DNA from: an uncultured Methanomicrobiales archaeon
GTDB taxonomy: Archaea; Halobacteriota; Methanomicrobia; Methanomicrobiales; Methanospirillaceae
DNA length: 64,000 nucleotides
NCBI GenBank assembly: GCA_963758915.1
Contig: CAVWXH010000005.1
Coordinates: 32,001-96,000 of the forward strand
Direction of reading: 5' to 3'
The notes beneath the pieces are model-generated. The model had not been told where the DNA came from and did not search any database. It was given only the letters and a program-made list of their open reading frames with translations. Shown here piece after piece: positions 59,977 through 64,000 of the stretch. Within the stretch, counting starts at the first letter, position 1, and each line of letters starts with the position of its first letter. Position numbers and translations under genes: made by a program.

Positions 59977-60744
59977 TTACTCTTTTCCGGCCCATTCTCT
60001 GAAAAAACGCCAGTATGAACTGAAAAATCTGACAAACCCGTCAGATTCGGAATAGAGCCCTGTCAATCCCTCGTCCTGCGGGCCCATTATCACCATGACG
60101 CGATTGCAGTCAATTAAAAAGACCCCGCCCGCAACGGTTTTACCCTGAATTTCATGTCCGATTGGTGGTTTTTTGATAATCAGCTGAAGGTTCTGCGGGA
60201 CCTTTCCCGGCCACTGGTCGACAATAATTTCTATTGCCACGCTCTTACCAGCAGTTTCAAGCTGCTCTATCATGCCGGGGGTAAAAAAAGTGTTGCTGCT
60301 GATAATACGGATGTTCTGTTGTGCGTGACCGATAAGGTCTGAAATCCTGATATGGATATTTTCCAGGCCGTAGATACTCCATATCAGCTCCTGTGTCCCG
60401 CGTTCAACCCCGATCCTCTGGCTGAATATGTCAGAAAGGACTTTTTTGGCCTCCTGTGCATTCGCCTCAATACCTGAGAGGAGGTTGCTGATCCCTTCAT
60501 CAGGGGGCATTGCATCGAACCGTTTCGGTGAGGTGTTCGATACGGAAACAAGATTCTTCTGGATGAGCCGGTCGAGGACGGGGTACACCGATGCGCGAGG
60601 CACCCCCGATATCTCGTGGATCTCAGTTGCAGTTGCCCCGGCAACTTTTAACAGGGCAATATAGACGAGTGCCTCATACTTTGTGAGCCCTAGTGACTTC
60701 AGAGATTCGGCAATATTTGAGAGTTCATCCTGTGATTCGGCCAT
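59977..60744 (-). CDS. TrmB family transcriptional regulator
   Basis: LGLTKYEALVYIALL...ATEI...SGVPRASVYPVL..L. Confidence 0.9.
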   Translation of the reverse strand: MAESQDELSNIAESLKSLGLTKYEALVYIALLKVAGATATEIHEISGVPRASVYPVLDRLIQKNLVSVSNTSPKRFDAMPPDEGISNLLSGIEANAQEAKKVLSDIFSQRIGVERGTQELIWSIYGLENIHIRISDLIGHAQQNIRIISSNTFFTPGMIEQLETAGKSVAIEIIVDQWPGKVPQNLQLIIKKPPIGHEIQGKTVAGGVFLIDCNRVMVIMGPQDEGLTGLYSESDGFVRFFSSYWRFFREWAGKE

Positions 60745-60775
60745 TGAATACCTATATATACGGTTGAGTAATAAA

Positions 60776-60797
60776 TGTTGTTATAACAATAACAACA
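60776..60797. promoter_or_regulatory. Inverted-repeat operator between divergent trmB and S-layer genes
   Basis: TGTTGTTA-N6-TAACAACA, overlapping the perfect palindrome TTGTTATAACAA (60778-60789). Confidence 0.55.
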
Positions 60798-60808
60798 AGT
60801 GATTTCGA

Positions 60809-62089
60809 ATGGAAATACGGTATTTTCTGATAGCAATATTCATGGTTTTTTTAATGGCGCCGGCAATGGCCGGGACATTGTATATCTCCGATGGTCCGAC
60901 GTTCACCGCAACGGTTGCAGGGACTAACCAGTTTTCACCGGGTAAAGATCTGCAACTCCCGGTTAAAATTGAAAACAGCGGCCTTAACCGCCTTAAATTT
61001 GTGCAAACCGGCTATATCGAACGGGACGACCTACCCAATACAGCGAAATTTGTTACTGCATCACTTTCACCCGGGGGCTCCCCGGTGATAATAAAATCTG
61101 ATTCACAGGTAATGGGAGATCTTCCCGGTGGAAAAAGTGTCCAGGTGATCTATACTATCAAAATTCCGAAACAGGCAGCTGCTGGTGAATACTTACTGCC
61201 CCTGACCATCAGCTACCAGTTCCTTGCAGGAGCTGAGCAGAGTGCCGGCGATCTCATCGAGTACCAGTACAAGACAAAGAGTGTTGTGGTAACCCTGCCC
61301 CTGACAATCGAGCCGAACGTATTCCTTGACGTGTCACCTGTAACCAGCGGGGGGCTGAACGTCGGTACCGAGGGATATCTCGATCTGAATATTACGAACA
61401 GCGGGGGGGAGGATGCACATGCTGCCACCATAAAAATTTTGAGAAGTGGCAACAGCCCGGTAACACCAACTGACAGCAGCGTTTTTATTGGAGACTTCCC
61501 TGCCGGGAATTCAACGGTTGGCAGGTTTAAAGTGTCAGTCTCCCGCGATGCGGAAGCACAGGAGTACCCGGTTGATGTTATTGCCGTGTATAAAAATCAT
61601 GAAGGGGACACGGTTACATCTGCCCCGGTCACCGTGGGGATCCCGGTGAATGGAAGGATCGGGTTTGACGTCGTGAACGCGGACTCGGATATGAGTGCCG
61701 GTAAGAAAAAGGTTATTGAAGTCACCTACCGTAATTCGGGTGATGTTACAGCCTACAGCGCCCAGGCACGGATCAGTGTTGTGGACCCCTTCACCAGTAA
61801 CGATGATTCTGCCTACCTTGGGGATATTGCCCCTGGAAAAACCGCTGTTGCGCGATATGAAGTAGGCGTGAGTTCCGATGCAGTAGCAAAAGACTATGCG
61901 TTCGATTCCGAGGTGAGGTACCGTGACTCTCTTGACAACAGCCAGATATCAGATCCCGTGAAGGTGCCGGTCACCGTTGTCGAGGCAACGGCCATGGATG
62001 GCGTAATGGCCAACCTGGTATTGATAGTCGCAGGGATCGTAGTGGTCGGAGCGGCAGGGTATTATCTGCTTGTAATGCGAAAGAAATAA
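60809..62089 (+). CDS. COG1361 S-layer-domain protein
   Basis: Signal peptide, Ig-like repeats (GDL.GG, DSSVFIGD, ARISVVDPFTSNDDSAYLGD), C-terminal TM plus RKK. Confidence 0.85.
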   Translation: MEIRYFLIAIFMVFLMAPAMAGTLYISDGPTFTATVAGTNQFSPGKDLQLPVKIENSGLNRLKFVQTGYIERDDLPNTAKFVTASLSPGGSPVIIKSDSQVMGDLPGGKSVQVIYTIKIPKQAAAGEYLLPLTISYQFLAGAEQSAGDLIEYQYKTKSVVVTLPLTIEPNVFLDVSPVTSGGLNVGTEGYLDLNITNSGGEDAHAATIKILRSGNSPVTPTDSSVFIGDFPAGNSTVGRFKVSVSRDAEAQEYPVDVIAVYKNHEGDTVTSAPVTVGIPVNGRIGFDVVNADSDMSAGKKKVIEVTYRNSGDVTAYSAQARISVVDPFTSNDDSAYLGDIAPGKTAVARYEVGVSSDAVAKDYAFDSEVRYRDSLDNSQISDPVKVPVTVVEATAMDGVMANLVLIVAGIVVVGAAGYYLLVMRKK

Positions 62090-62213
62090 TCAATTATTGA
62101 TTTTTTTAATTTTAGACCTTTTTAATCAGGGTATCCGTTTTCCACTCCTGATCTGGTTCATGTCAGCACTGTCCGTGATATCCTTGGAATGAAAAAAGGA
62201 TGATGGTATTATT

Positions 62214-63335
62214 TTAAGGTAAGAGTGATAAACCGGACTGGTACGCCATTACCTTATTGAAGGCTGTAATCGTTCCCTGGGTAGATGCTGTTTCAGAATA
62301 GATAAGGTCCTCGGACTTTGAGGAATTTGTGCCACGGGCTTCCTGAATATGCGCCTTAATATATGCCATTGTCGAGCCACTTGCAGGGATTTGCCCCTGT
62401 GGTGTACCATATGGCTTGACATTTATTCCATAATTCAGGACAATGGGTGCAGTTGCGTCAGTGCCGATAAACCTGTCATTTGCACTAGATGTGACTGAAC
62501 CGATGGTAAGGTCGTACTTACTACCAGCCTGGACGATGTTGCAGTATGCCGGAATCACATTTGTTGTTGCAGCTGCAAATGGGCAGAGAATCTTATCGGA
62601 GAGGGTACCCCAGGTGCTCGAACCATCAAGCATGAGGTTTTCAGATCCTATTGCATTGCCACCGTTATCGGTTGCAACATAGGTAAGACCCGTTTCAGCC
62701 TTGATGTTCGACTCTCCCGTTACCTTGTTCCCGGTATTGATTATCAGGCTCTTTGTGAACACTGTATGTCCCGACTGTGCAATGACATCCGCATCATAAG
62801 CTGATGTATAGGTTGCCATTTCAGGATCCAGAGGTGATTGGGCTAATATTATGTGATTATTATCCCCTGTTGTTCCAAATCCTCCAGTTAAATCATATTT
62901 GATCCCTGGCAGGATTGATGTACCCCTTAACTCATCATAACGTCTCCAATTTGGAGAACTAACTGCTGGTTGCCAATGATTAAATGTATAAGTCCCAGGG
63001 GTAAGAATTGTATCGAGAATCCCCCCGTTTCCATTCCCACCAGCGGCGGGGACCTGACCTTGGCGTAACCCGGCAGTTCCCGATGAAACTGCTACATCCC
63101 TGCCTAAAATGTCAATTAAATGTAGTTCTGCATAATCCTTGCTCCTGACCGGTGTAGTGATCTGCCATGTGACATCAGAAGTGGTCGTTACCAACCCGAC
63201 AACGTCAATGGTGGTTGTAATATCAAACTGCTGGATCTCCGGCGTTGCGTTGATACCCGGATCCGCAATCACTGCATAGGTAAATATAAGGAATGCTGAC
63301 AGGGCAAGAATGCCCCAAAATCTCATATTATCCAT
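62214..63335 (-). CDS. Secreted hypothetical protein
   Basis: Signal peptide (ADPG), T/G-rich beta content, Cys pair CPF...AYCN; GGAGG RBS. Confidence 0.75.
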   Translation of the reverse strand: MDNMRFWGILALSAFLIFTYAVIADPGINATPEIQQFDITTTIDVVGLVTTTSDVTWQITTPVRSKDYAELHLIDILGRDVAVSSGTAGLRQGQVPAAGGNGNGGILDTILTPGTYTFNHWQPAVSSPNWRRYDELRGTSILPGIKYDLTGGFGTTGDNNHIILAQSPLDPEMATYTSAYDADVIAQSGHTVFTKSLIINTGNKVTGESNIKAETGLTYVATDNGGNAIGSENLMLDGSSTWGTLSDKILCPFAAATTNVIPAYCNIVQAGSKYDLTIGSVTSSANDRFIGTDATAPIVLNYGINVKPYGTPQGQIPASGSTMAYIKAHIQEARGTNSSKSEDLIYSETASTQGTITAFNKVMAYQSGLSLLP

Positions 63336-63785
63336 TTTTATGGTAAAACACCTCCATAAACTGAAAAATCCCCCCCCTATGAGTAGATTATCAGTTGTTG
63401 AATGTTATGATTAAGAATCCATAAAATTTTCGATAATATTAGTTCATTCACTTCATCTCTCAAAGTTCTATGATATCAGAGTTAAGCGTGTATTCCAAAT
63501 TATTATGAATTTCCTGATTACTCTGGAATCGAAAATACAAAAACTCTTGTTTGAGTTATGATCGACAAGATAAAATTAATTCATATTATAATTGGAGATC
63601 TTCTGCTGGCTTTGCCAGAAAGGAGAAGAATTATTTACCTCCCGGGATCGATTCTTAATAGTATTATTACAGGCCATCAACAGGCAAATTCCTGCAGACC
63701 GAAGGATAGTGAAGCATATTTTCGTTGTGTGGCAGTTGAAAAATGAGTCATAATAACATGGTCAACAGGGGTTTATCTGGTTAAA

Positions 63786-64000
63786 ATGAAAGAAAAAGTG
63801 ATGTTTACATGGGATGGGCCCCTGCCGGAACCGCAGGTGCGGATGGCAGAAGACCTCATGCAGGTGCTGGCTGACAGGAACTGCACCATGAAAGGCCCGG
63901 CTTATTTTATGTACCGGGACCTCGCCCGCTCGAATGTGGACAGGGAATGGCTCCGGGACCAGGAACTCAGGTACGATGTTACCGTTATCCCCCCGTCAGT
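63786..64000 (+). CDS. Cupin-type glucose-6-phosphate isomerase family, 5' part (runs off window)
   Basis: MKEKVMFTWDGPLPEP..R..DL...YFMYRDL...LRYDVTVIPP. Confidence 0.75.
   Translation, partial: MKEKVMFTWDGPLPEPQVRMAEDLMQVLADRNCTMKGPAYFMYRDLARSNVDREWLRDQELRYDVTVIPPS

Noticed and set aside
1-64000. CRISPR array, tRNA/rRNA, integrase, reverse transcriptase or defence nucleases
   Set aside because: No regularly spaced repeats, cloverleaf/T-loop motifs or catalytic signatures seen

Overview
Archaeal DNA, most likely from a Methanomicrobiales methanogen (Methanoregula/Methanolinea-like). This is inferred from an NrpRII-type regulator, a COG1361 S-layer protein, a cupin-type PGI, an AguB-AguA fusion and TATA-type promoters. 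About 1-54 kb is an accessory island made almost entirely of membrane, ion-homeostasis and unknown-function genes, many in paralogous sets: 4 HdeD/DUF308, 3 DUF1269/DUF6325 plus a hidden SHOCT protein, 3 copies of an unknown 2-TM family, 2 BASS, 2 P-type ATPases, 2 K-channel-like proteins, SulP, NhaP, truncated ClC, ppk2, DUF2252, DUF2254, DUF389, DUF1254 and cls. From about 54.7 kb the genes look like core genome. Features not in the ORF track: (1) a non-autonomous IS5-like MITE family with 8-bp target-site duplications, at four loci including nested and composite forms; (2) a ~410-nt non-coding region with its own TATA box and nested long-range helices at the island border (candidate new large ncRNA); (3) three small proteins and two frameshift-hidden genes. 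Many single-base frameshifts suggest assembly indel errors and/or pseudogenisation. No tRNA, rRNA or CRISPR array was seen. Family assignments come from motif recognition, not database searches.
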